The notes beneath the pieces were generated by a model that was given only the letters and a program-made list of their open reading frames with translations, was not told the DNA's origin and made no database searches. From NCBI GenBank assembly GCA_002633005.1, contig NMRA01000032.1:290911-354910 (forward strand): a stretch of DNA of 64,000 bases, read 5' to 3'. Position 1 is the first letter of the stretch. Each line of letters starts with the position of its first letter. Shown piece after piece: positions 12,201 through 24,200 of the stretch. The translations under genes were made by a program, and so were the position numbers. The stretch is from Phoronis australis. Taxonomy: Eukaryota > Animalia > Phoronida.

Positions 12201-15200
12201 TGTTTAGTGTTTCTGACAGCCTGAGACTCCCTTACCTCTCCCAGTCCATCATATTGGCGGAACAACAGACTGAACATTTCTCGCACAAGGCTCTGATCTA
12301 CGATATAGTCCTCTGTAGCCCACTTGATCACAGTGTGAGATATCAGCTTCTGCATAGAGTCTAGAATCAAGGGAAGCACACTCTCACTCAAAAAAAGATT
12401 ATCGTTCTTAAGGCTGAAAAATGCATTTTTAAGATTATTGTTGGATGGGACTTTTTGAATTTCAAAGTTGGTAGCTTTGACCAGCAGCTATCAACAATAA
12501 AATCAGTACTGGTAATTGTTTCTTGATTTTATTTCCAAGTGACAATTATTGCAGCTGTTTTCTGCCAGACATTAATGCCGATGACTCTGCCACCTATTGA
12601 GTGAGATACATAGCTCACTCAACGCAGGATTTGACAGCGCCCGCGAAGGTCCATGGTTTGAGTCTGCGCCACGGCTATTCTCAGAAAATCACTTTTCTCA
12701 CCAATAATACGACAGTAACGCAGAGAGCTAAAATCATCACAAATAAGACATAACTGAACGGAGGTTGGATCATTTAAACTGTCAATGCATCCACCGAACT
12801 TCAATGTTTAAAACATCAACCTTTGAAAGAGACCGCTTACTGGTTTAAAAATTCCACCTTGTTCAGATCAGTAGCAATATTGGAATCATGATTACTGGGC
12901 ATACGTTAAATTGACAGACGACTTTTGCTAAAGACTGAACTCAATAACAGGTGATAAATATTCAATGGATGGAGATAGTAAAAAAATCTTTCTTTTTAAT
13001 GTCTGGATACATTAGAGCAGCAAACAATTTACCAGCACGGAGCATTCGTTTTATAATTAAGGATCCACGTGATAAGCCAAATGTATACAATTTTACAGGG
13101 TTCTCACTTCCCAGCAAATGTCATTTTATGTGTAGGCAATACCCTGTATGACTTCTTTTTCTTCTCAAACAACCACCACACAGAAAACGGTAATTTCTTG
13201 AATAAATACCCAATTTCCCCTCCTCATTCTGACTGGTTTGGTCTACATCAGGCTTCTTAGGGGGCAGCACCAGCTGGAGTAGTGACTGTTGCCAAGTCTT
13301 AGTTGGTTCTTCCGGCTCTTCTTCTTCCTCCTTAAAATGACCATTTTAACAACTAAAGTTTCAAAACATTAGTCCTTTTAACTTTGTGAGATTTATGTAA
13401 AAACTACTCGGATGAAAACGTCCCACTTAGCATTATAAAACCATCACTCGTTCAAATCTTGCTATTGCCTTCTCAGGATTTGAAAAATATCACAGAGACT
13501 AAAAATTCTCAGTCAATAATCCATATAACAAAATAAATTGCTAATTCTCAAGGATATCTGTCAGATATTCCTTGAATTCAAGAGCAGTGACCAGTTAAAC
13601 ATGCTCAAAATACTAAGCAGTTTATTGAGTGGTTTTAGCTTTACCAACTGATTGTCACGCTGCAACCGTGGGGCAGCAGGTTTGATTCCACGCCGATCTC
13701 ATAAAAAAATTTTCTTGCTAATAATATGACTTTAAGTGATGCTTAGTGACGTTTTCGGAATGCTTTCACTATGATAGAGTGGATAGTGGTTGGAGTTAAT
13801 GAAATTTTGCAATTGATACAATAACGTTAGTTTATGAATTTTGTAAACGTTTTCAGGTTGATTGCTATGAGTTGCAATTTTGATAAACATTTTTCAAAGT
13901 ATATTCTTGCACTTCAGAAACTTTTGACCTGACTGCTAGTTTACAGCATGTTACTTTTTTACCAGCATATTTCTGCTATAATCACAATTGTATTTTCATC
14001 CCTTTTAGTAATGAAACAATGGATATGTTGTTAATATAATGCAAGTATTTTGTTCATCCCTTTGGCGCAACATCCTGCAGCCACTACAGTCAGTGTAGGC
14101 CTCCAACTAACCCTCAACAGGCACTGTTTGCTACAACATTAAAAGAGCTGTAATGCTCGACTATACCTTCTTCTCCACACCGCTATGCATCAGAAGGTTG
14201 TCATGGAAACCCTGTAGAGCCTGCTGCAGAGAGCTGGGACAAGGGCACTTACGTCCCTCTCGCATTCCGTCTTCAGACTCCTCTTTAAACATCAGAAGGT
14301 ATCGCATCTACAAAGACAAGAGTCGTAACATTTATCAAACAATTATCTGTCACAATCAAAATCACTTCTAATACACAAAACTTTTTAAGATCTTCATAAC
14401 CAAAACTTACTATTTTTCAGTTAAAACCCTTACTACCTTGAAAATTTCTTCTAAAGTGCCCTGGATGAACAAAACAGTGATGTTTTTTGTAGACTTGAAA
14501 AGCATCTTGTGCCAAAGCGAAAGACCACGACTGCTTCTTTCAATGCATTGTTTTCTTCAGTTTAAAAAATTTCACAATTCACCACTATAACATAACGGCA
14601 GCTCACCTGTTCGTTAGGTGGACACCTGAACTCCCTTGTTGCCTTGGCAGCCAAAGCCGGTGGAAGATTGGACTGTTGGATGTCCTGGTAGCGGTTCAAC
14701 TGGTCGGTCTGAACGGAGGCTACAAATTCGTCAGAAAAAGAGGCAATGGCCTCTACGCGATGACGTAGGATACAATCACACAGGTGTTGTAGTAAAATGC
14801 ACACCTCAAGTTTGGCTGGCTCTGATAGTTGCATATGCAAGAGACCCGCTGGCATGCCTACAGTGAAGAGGATCATTAGTTATTTAGAGTTATGCAACAA
14901 TAACAGGAGCCTCAATTAAAATTATGGTGCTAATGATGAGAATACACAATTTTTCAATAGAGCGGCAACATGTATTGATGAAATACGCCTTGTCATTAGA
15001 TGGCAACAGGTTAGTCCGTGGACAACGTTATGCATTCTTAGATGTCCAACTCTGTGGGCTACGTCCCAGCATTTTTCTATAACTTCTCTGCAGCCACCTT
15101 TCCATCAAATTGTCACTGCTGTGCAGTGGGACATTAACATGTTTTACATAAAAATATCCAGTGTCAGTCCACTGGTCTTCCATAATGGCCCGGTTTAAAA

Positions 15201-18200
15201 GTGTTAACAAAAACTGAATTTTTCATCAGCATACAGACAAACAATACACACACCTGTAAGCCTAATTATCTTACCTTCGTGCCAGGTGTCAGTGAATGCT
15301 GAAGCATCGATGATTGACATCAGCTGTCTCATGTCTTCATTATTCAACAAGCCCATCAGCAGCAGCTTATCACAGACTTTGAGTAAGGGTCTGTAGAAAC
15401 AGTGTTATGTCACAGCATGAGCAAAGTCTCACAAAAAATCAACGTGTTAATCTATTAAGAAGATTACTTAGCTGCAGCCATGATTTATTAAGGAGTTGGC
15501 CTCAACCTCAACCAATAGATGACTCTAGTTGTAGACTACGATGGAAACATGTAAACATGGACATCAAAATTTGTTTGTTTTTATTCACAAAACAACATTA
15601 CGACATACTTGACTAATAAACAATTTTCTTTTATAAAGCAAAAATACTTTTCCAAATTGTGTATCAGCTAGTTGACAAACATTTAAGTCATCTAATAGGT
15701 CTAATCTGTGTTAAGGATATGCAACACGTGTGAGAAAATCTGACATGTGATCATGTTCTTTGCTTGCAAAGCATGACGTCACAATATTTTGCATTTTCAC
15801 TAGCTTCTTATATTTACACAACACAACCCTAGATAACCATGGGTGCAACCTCTAGTGATGAAACAGAAAAGTCAAATTCCTTGTTGGGAAAAATGGAGGA
15901 AAAAATGGAACAGATTGCAGGTGATCCAGTCTTACATATTTCAATCTGTATTTATTTAAAAAAACCAATACACGAGTCAGTTTACTCACACAAACAGGTT
16001 TTCGTTACTTCCACCAATGGGATCTCTGATGTGAGCTTGGCCATTCTTAACTGCAGCGGTCAAAAACCTCATGATGCAGTCGGTCAGTTTATCCAGAGGG
16101 AACTCTGGACAGGTCAACTCCTTGACTGTGCTGGCAAAACGAGACCTGGAACAACAAAATAATTAACATGTTATTAACAAGGTACACCAATTGCATAACA
16201 ATTACCTTTTGAATACTGCAGTATGATGGATTGCGATACTTATCAAATGTGGTCGACATGAAGTTCCAACAGCTACAATATACACCATACAAGAGTGAAT
16301 CATAACGTTCAGCTTTTTCAACTACTGTTACTCTTAAACTATACAAAGCAATCTTTCAGTTACTAGACCCAAAAATAATTGACAAATCTTTTGAAATAAT
16401 TTAAAGATACAAATAATTTGTAATGATGGCTGCTCGAGAAACATTCAAATATGCAATGGGCAATTAGTATAGAATAGGGATTCCCTCTCCTAAAGCATCT
16501 GATTCATTAAACTTTTTAAATTATTCTTTTCTCAAAACGTTCAGTAATGGTCATAAAAAAGAAAAACAATTCTTGCCAAACTGGAATAACTCACATTAGA
16601 TAAGAAAAACTTCTCTGTAATTAGCACTGGCTCATTAGAAATGTCACAAAAACGCTGAAAAATAATTGCTGTGCTCAAAGTAACCGACCTGTTTACAATA
16701 TCTTTTTCACTGAGTGCCAGCTTAGGTCGGATCGAAACACTCTCCTCCATCAGTGGCACGCTATGCCTCAGTTTGATGTCTGTAGAGTCAGAGCCAGGCG
16801 TGGGTTTCCTATAGAGTGACAGGTCCTTGGCCTCGGGTACGAGAGGGACAATGTACTCATGGTTGGTAAGCTGACGCATGTTGGCATGGCTCTCCAGGTG
16901 AACGGAGATGAGTAGGTCGTGCAAGCCCATACGCAGTGGACCGGGCATGTCTGCAACAGGTTTACATGGTATTGGGGAAATAATTAGGAAGTGTAGACCC
17001 ATATGCAGGGTATCAGGCACATTTGCAATAGAGAAATATGATATCAGGAAGAAGAGTGGGGCATGTAGGCCGATATGCATTCAACCAAGCACGTCTGCAA
17101 TATGAGAACAACACAACAGAGAGATGAATAGTGCAATGAACCAGGGGGCATTCAACAAGATGAGGGTCCTGCAAGTTTACTCCTAACATAAAGCAAGATT
17201 TCAGTAGCACTTCACGAGATAACTTGCAACCGTGCAAGCTTATAAGTAATCGGTTTACGTCCAAAACAGATTTATAAGGTTGGGTCGGAGCTCTGTTATC
17301 TGTAAGTGAACTGAACTCATCACGGAGTATGCGGTAAAACTTACAGGTACACTGTATGCTGTACATTAGCTGGGTCACGTCCACATGTTTGGTCAGTTCA
17401 TGGGCGGCCTTGTGGTTACCATGGGAACAGACACCTCTGTAAAGCTGTAGGGTTTTGGCATGGAACCTGAAATAGATGCATTCAAAAAGCCCTGAAGTTG
17501 TAACTGAACCAAGATAGTAATTTTATTATTTTTTATTTTCAATACTTGATTCAAATTATCTTTTTGCAGTTAATTTTCTAGTATTTTTAGTCTTTTGATC
17601 ATCTTCGAAACTCCATTATTTGAATTTTTTCTATCTTGTTTGAGCAGAAATTTATCTTGTACAGTGCATACAAATGCAAGTAATGTTGAAATTTTATGAT
17701 GAATAACTCTGTATCAAACTAACTAATCTATCAGTTGCTCTAACGCTAACAAAAAAACCGAGAAAAGTTTTGATTATGCCAAGTTAGTGTTCTTAATTTC
17801 ACACGATAGGCTTTTTGAGTTAACAGATTGCACCTGGATTCAAGCGGCCTAGCCAAACAGACACTTTTTCTGTTTTGAAGTTGACAAATCTGACCCAATT
17901 TAGTTATCGCCATATGGGACTTTATGTAAGGTTATCACCCTTCAACTTACTTGAGAAGTTCCGGTTGTTCTGCCAGCTCCAGGATATCTAAGCACCTGTT
18001 CTCTTCGGGGATGTGGAGTGCCAACATGGGTACTGGAAATAAATACTTGAATTCAAATCACTTCTGCTAAGTCGACCGTTGCAGCCAGCCCTAGTAAATC
18101 CCAGAGTGAAACTACTGATATTCTAGCCTCAGAAAGTGACTGAAAGTGTTCTACTGACTGGAAGAATTATCGAAACCTTGACAGTGTGGGTTACACAGGC

Positions 18201-21200
18201 GGGAAGGTCCTTGACGCAGCGCTCATTTTTTCGAGCACAGAAAATGGCAGGCAAATTTGCAAAAGACGACTTTTGAATATTACGAAAAGGATGGTAAGAT
18301 ATTTTATACATTAAGCGATAAGAGGAAACAATATTCTTTAGATGAAAATTAAAAGAAACACAGTTGCTAAAATAACAAAAAAAATTGCAAGGAAAGCAAA
18401 GTATGATTTCTAGCTTGCATTGAAGTTGACTTAGTATGCAAACATTCCATCAATGCTATTGCTTGAAAGGTCTCACTTATTCCACTGGCATTGGTAAATA
18501 TGATAATGCCAGTTATTTTACACAAACGTTATTTGATTTTTTCTTATCTTTCTTTTTTCCAAAGAACGGCTATTTTGCAAAGGATAATCAATTTTACTAG
18601 TTTTGATTAATGACACTTAAACAATGCAAACCTGTTTATATTTTAGTTTTTACTTATTAATAATAGTTCACATTTTTGTTAATGAATTTGACAAACTTAA
18701 TACATTTTCTATTTGTGTGTAACAATGAGAGGCAAAGAGGTGAAGAATTACCATACAATCAAGCACGTCTGCTTATTCGAGTGCAAGTCTGCTTATTCCG
18801 AGATTACACGTCTGCTTATTCGAGTACAAGTCTGCTTATTCTGAGATTACATGTTTGCTTATTTGGGATTACTCACTCCAGTGCGCACAGCTTTCTCAGA
18901 GTGAGACCAGTACTTTTTTAAGTCATCCTGTCATCCTGTTTGGTTGGGGACAAGCTGTCCCCGACTTCTAGACAGACCACATGCTATGTCAACTCCCTTA
19001 TCACCTTTTTACTGGATTTCTGTTCACCACCTAATTCCAGACTCACTCACAAAGAGACTGCAATCACGGGACTAAAAATTGACCTCAACAAAATCTGATG
19101 CCTGCACATCCCCAGTACAAATTCCTGACACATCTGCACTGCTGTGAAGGAAACCAATTTCCCACAATCCACTGCACAAACAATGTTTCCCTATATCTAA
19201 GGAATACCTGCTGTTTCACTGAGCATACTCCATCCCCTGATGTCAGACATCTTCAACACATGACATCTCGCCGATTCATTAGGAACCCTCATCCATCTGT
19301 GAGGGCGCAGTGCCTGTATGTCCAGTCGTGACGGACAGTGGCTTTGGGTGGTCTTGGGGCCCCGGAACATGCATGATGTAATGGGCAATGTCGACTGAAA
19401 CAATGAGATACATTAACAATAGTTACATAAAATTGAGAAGGGGGGGAAAAACAGTATTACAACATAAAAGAGTGGAGAATAATGTAACTGTTAGTGCTGC
19501 CATCTAAAGCAACAAAAACAAAGAGAGACATGCAACAAAGTGTCAAACTTATTGGTGTTAAGCCTCTATTTTACAAAAATTTTAAAACACGACTCTCTAT
19601 AGTACTACAAATTTGCATGGTAGAAAAATAGTTGGGTTCATTAAGTTGATATTCCTTAAAAACACATCGTCTTCATAAAACTAGACATCCTCACATAGCC
19701 ATAAAACATCAGGCACGTATTTCAGACATGCAAATTGAAAGACAGGACAACACTGACGTTCATCTAGTACAAATTACTTTTATACTTCTCTTTTCCTGGC
19801 AAGAGCAAAAAAAAACAATAAAATTAACAAAGAATAAGAATAATGACTGAGAAACATAAAAAAACAGATGCGACATTTTCATTGTTGCTCAGTTAGCACA
19901 AAAACCCTAATGATGAGTAAGGTAAATCTGACTAGTTAAAAAATCTTGAAAAACATTGTTGGTCCAGTCTCTTTTTTCAAACATAGAATTCCAAGCTTGA
20001 AAAACCTTTTCTCTTCAGTTGGCGACCATTGCTTCACAAGCTTGAATAACATTACTACTATCTTTATAAAANTTACATTTTCTTACCATATGGTGATCGA
20101 AACAAACTTTATCGAAATGGCCTGATCACAAGTGACAATGTGACTCTAGCGTGCACTTAAGTGCACTGTAACAAAGATGTCTGCTTTACTGCTAGCAAAG
20201 TTACAGAAGTTAAGTGTGGAATCTTGAGTACGGTAGGTGTAAAAAGCTTGAATAGTGTTATACCTCTTATAATACAAGCTCGGTGAGCTAAGTGTCATAG
20301 CAAACCAACGCAGTTGCCCAGCAATCCGACTCAACTATTACAGCCCAACTGTTTATACGGCCACAGCAGCATAGCTAGACACTTTCCCTCAAGCGAATGC
20401 AACTGATTATACAATAGGGCATGTTGCCCGGTCATCATTACAGAGGAAAAAATAATGAATTTTCGAACATGCATGAAGTATTTGTGCATACAGAAGCTCA
20501 CATCAGAGCCACCAAAATGCACTGTGTTGGACACTGCGACATTAATGTCTTACCCGAGTTCTGCCCAATTCAAACTGGAAGACATCTTTACTGGTTGGTT
20601 CAGCAAACACAGCAGGAAAGAGCTTAGTGCCTGGCTCCACCTGGTGGCAGAAAGACAATGAAATGCCAAACAAGATGAACGAAAGCATTCACATTGATAT
20701 GCAGGCAATACATTAAATTATATGATAAATCTGAACTATGCACTATGTGCACTTAGAGCAAAGTGTCAATTTTACATTGGTTTCTCGCTCAGTGTAACCT
20801 AAAAACATTGATTTATATTTATTTACGTGGACAATATTTAAAAACATCTTCAATATAGCAAATTAGCATTCTTCATTTTACACAATCAGACTTTGAAGTT
20901 TACTCAAGTGTTACCATAAACTTGAATTCCTTAAATTTAAAGCTCCATTTTGCCCTATATAGCTAGCTACAGAATGAAAATCAAATGTGGCGTTCAATTC
21001 TAAATAATTATAGTAATCCTTGCTATGATAGGATTCTATTTCTCTCCCCAACTCAAGTCACACAAAGTCACATGCATTGCGTACAAGTGACATTTCCAAA
21101 ATGGAAAGAGAAATAGAATCTTAGGTAAGGAATATTATGAAATCGACATTATGAGAATAAAAGGCCTAATTTGAGTTTTGTTTTGAAGCCAGGAATAAAG

Positions 21201-24200
21201 TGATCTGCAGCTTTAAATAAACTATGTGATTTGCAATTGACCTAATTACAGTACGCGGCTTCAGTTCCAGTTAGACAAAAAGATCAAACCACACTACTGT
21301 TAATAAACACCCTTGATTGAACATTCCGTTCCTTTTCAGGGCAAAACAGTAGTTTCTTGAGTTTTGTGAAGTATTACTCAATAAATGGACAACTCACCAA
21401 CAATTACCGCTGTAGAGAATAATTAAATTTAGATATTGCTTATAAAACAGTAATAAATACTTAGCATTACAACATTCAATTTACCTGGAACTTATTAGCC
21501 ACCTCTTTGCCATTGACACTAAAACTGAGAGCACCTGTAGACGTGTTTATACAGCAGCCAATCACAAGGCCAGGAGATACGCGCCGAGACGTCTGCTCGT
21601 TGCTATTACTATACCTCTGTTGGAGGTCACCAGCTGACACCAGGTAACAGTTTTTACGACTTAAGCTAAAACAAATCAGATTCCCAGATTTCAAAGTTTC
21701 ACCGATTTTTTTATTTTTTATCTAGAAAATTGTTTGTGCATTGAATATGACTGTAAAGATTGCCAATTACGAAGAAAGTTGATGTTTTTTTACCAAATCA
21801 ATCACAGAAAATAACTATTAGGAATAGTTTCGTCAAGTTGAAGTATAGGTTAATTTGTCTTGCTTATGACTAAGGTTTCCTAAAATTCAAACAAAAGTAT
21901 GATTATTTTCAAATTACCTAGTTTTGACTCTGTAGTCATAGTCTAGTTGGCTGACCACCACATTTCTGACTTTGGTTAGGTCAAACTGACTGCTGTACCA
22001 GTGGAAATCAGTACTAGTCCATCCCACATACACATTGGATGGGTCCTGGCCAGGGAAGATGCGCACCCCATAGTAATACTCGTCCATAGTCTCAGCTATG
22101 GCCTCCAACTCGTGTAGGTCATGCTCCGTAGATGGGAACTCGCAGCTATCTGATCCCCAGCTCTGCTCACTGTAACTTTTTTGTAGGGTCAGCTGCCTTG
22201 ATCGTGGCTGTTGTACGCTAACAGGGGGACCACCGGGTGGTCCATCGGTTTCCTCCAGATATGCACTAACCGGCGCTGGTTTGGGCGCCGTCACTTTAAT
22301 GGGCTCTGTGTGAAGCCCCATCATTTCCTCATATAATAACTGTTCCTGCGGTTTCGATGCACGCAGCGTGGACGCTGGTGATGCGTCACGTGACTTCTTC
22401 ACTTTGAAGAACGAAAATGGCGACTTGGATCGCTTGCGAGGATCAAGCGTGGCCGACTTTTTACCATCTTCAGTGCCGTTCGTAAGCATGGTCTTGTCTT
22501 CCAATGACTGGGCACGTGAACTCTTGAACCCTCTCCGGCGCGTTCCGGCATCAGAGTCCTCAGTGGTTTGTCTCTGAAGAGCTGTTAGAGACAATCAATT
22601 GATACTCAACATAACAGTGCCATTAAAAGGAAAAACTTATTCCGTAAATGTCATATGTTGGTCACATCGCAGAACTTTTACTTGTGTAAATTAAGTCTGA
22701 AAGATTTCTGTCCCGGATGGGGCTCCAATGAAATGTGGCCAACAGGTGACATGTAACAAACTAATGCTTACCTATAAAAATATGCTGCTTTATAACAGAA
22801 TATTCAAACAACTCCTTTCCGTTATTTTTACTGTAAGTTACAAATTTTTATACAGTAAATTTTTTTCTTGGTTCTTTCAGTCATTCATAATGTCAAAGTA
22901 ATAATCAAAATTTCTCAGCAGCTAATTTTTATGTCACGATTGATTGTTAATAGCATGCAAAACTCAAATTATAAATAATTAAAAACTCACTCTGGTTACT
23001 AGCTGTACTTTCCACAAAATCTTCAAGCAGAGAAAAAATAAACAAGTCATGTGAGCAGAAGTCAGGAAAAATGAATATTCATGAAGACAACTGAAGGATG
23101 AAGGTTAGTGTTAAGTAAAAATAAGCTAAATCACCCCAGCCAGTTAAAGCAACTGTCTACCTTTGAAACACAGGGCCCAATTTCCTGATTTTGTGTGAAA
23201 GTTCTGCATCTATCTCAATAAAACGACGAATATTTAGAAAAAACACAGTCATGTGGCGTGACTTTCATGCTTGTAATAAGTTCTGGTGATCATTAAACAA
23301 ACACCAGTAATTCATCAGTTAAAATGAGTATTTGATAAGTTTGACCCTTGATAACAAAGGAAGACAACTACCTTCAGACTGTACCTCAAAATAATATTGA
23401 TGGTATGGAGCACAACAGGGAAACTTAGGAACTTGGCTCTGTAGTTGAGAATATGGTACAAAAGTTATGAACAGTATGTTAATGAAAAATATATAACAAT
23501 AAGTCTACACTGCATTAGATATACCAGTCAAAAGCTACACCCACACGGTATACACGCGCAATCCATGCGGTCAGTCTTTCAAACCAAGCCATTAACTTTT
23601 TTAATAACAATAATAATTTGTAATTAAAATGAGGCAATGTAGACACAGCTGAAAGACAGGAAATGTGAAAATAAAAAAGGCACCTAAAAGTATTTTAATA
23701 CTTAAAAGGAGTTAGAAAAGTTAAAGAAAGGACATAAAGTTTCGGTACATGTGTCCATCAAAAAGCAATTGATAACTAAAGGAGCAAACTGCCAATCCTG
23801 TTTAGGGGGCACAAGTCGCACTTTATGAACTTGCTCTCTGCCTCAACTCAAGTTAGAAGCAATTGCCTTCAGTATCAGCCGAAATTATTCAGACAAAATG
23901 ACCCGGAATTCCCCCTGGTGACAGCTTCATAGTAGTTTTGTCTGATGACAGCGAATGAAAAAGAATTTACAGGAAAGTTCAAACGGTGGCTAAGGCATTT
24001 TGTAATTACAATTTTCCTGTCCCAATAGTTATTACCATCCACTTTTGCAGTTAATAGAAATAGCGGTCATGACAGGGCACGGTATTTTGTCCGTTTACTT
24101 TAATCTTGTGCTGTACTGTATACGGGCACGCCATCTGCAGAACTTCTTAGAACTACAGCTGTAAACCCAAACTTTTGATTTTCACCACTTGCCATAACAA

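Noticed and set aside
18764-18872. Short repeats superficially like a CRISPR array (also 28738-28898 and 34390-34493)
   Set aside because: They are head-to-tail units with no unique spacers, there are no cas genes, and the context is a eukaryotic intron.
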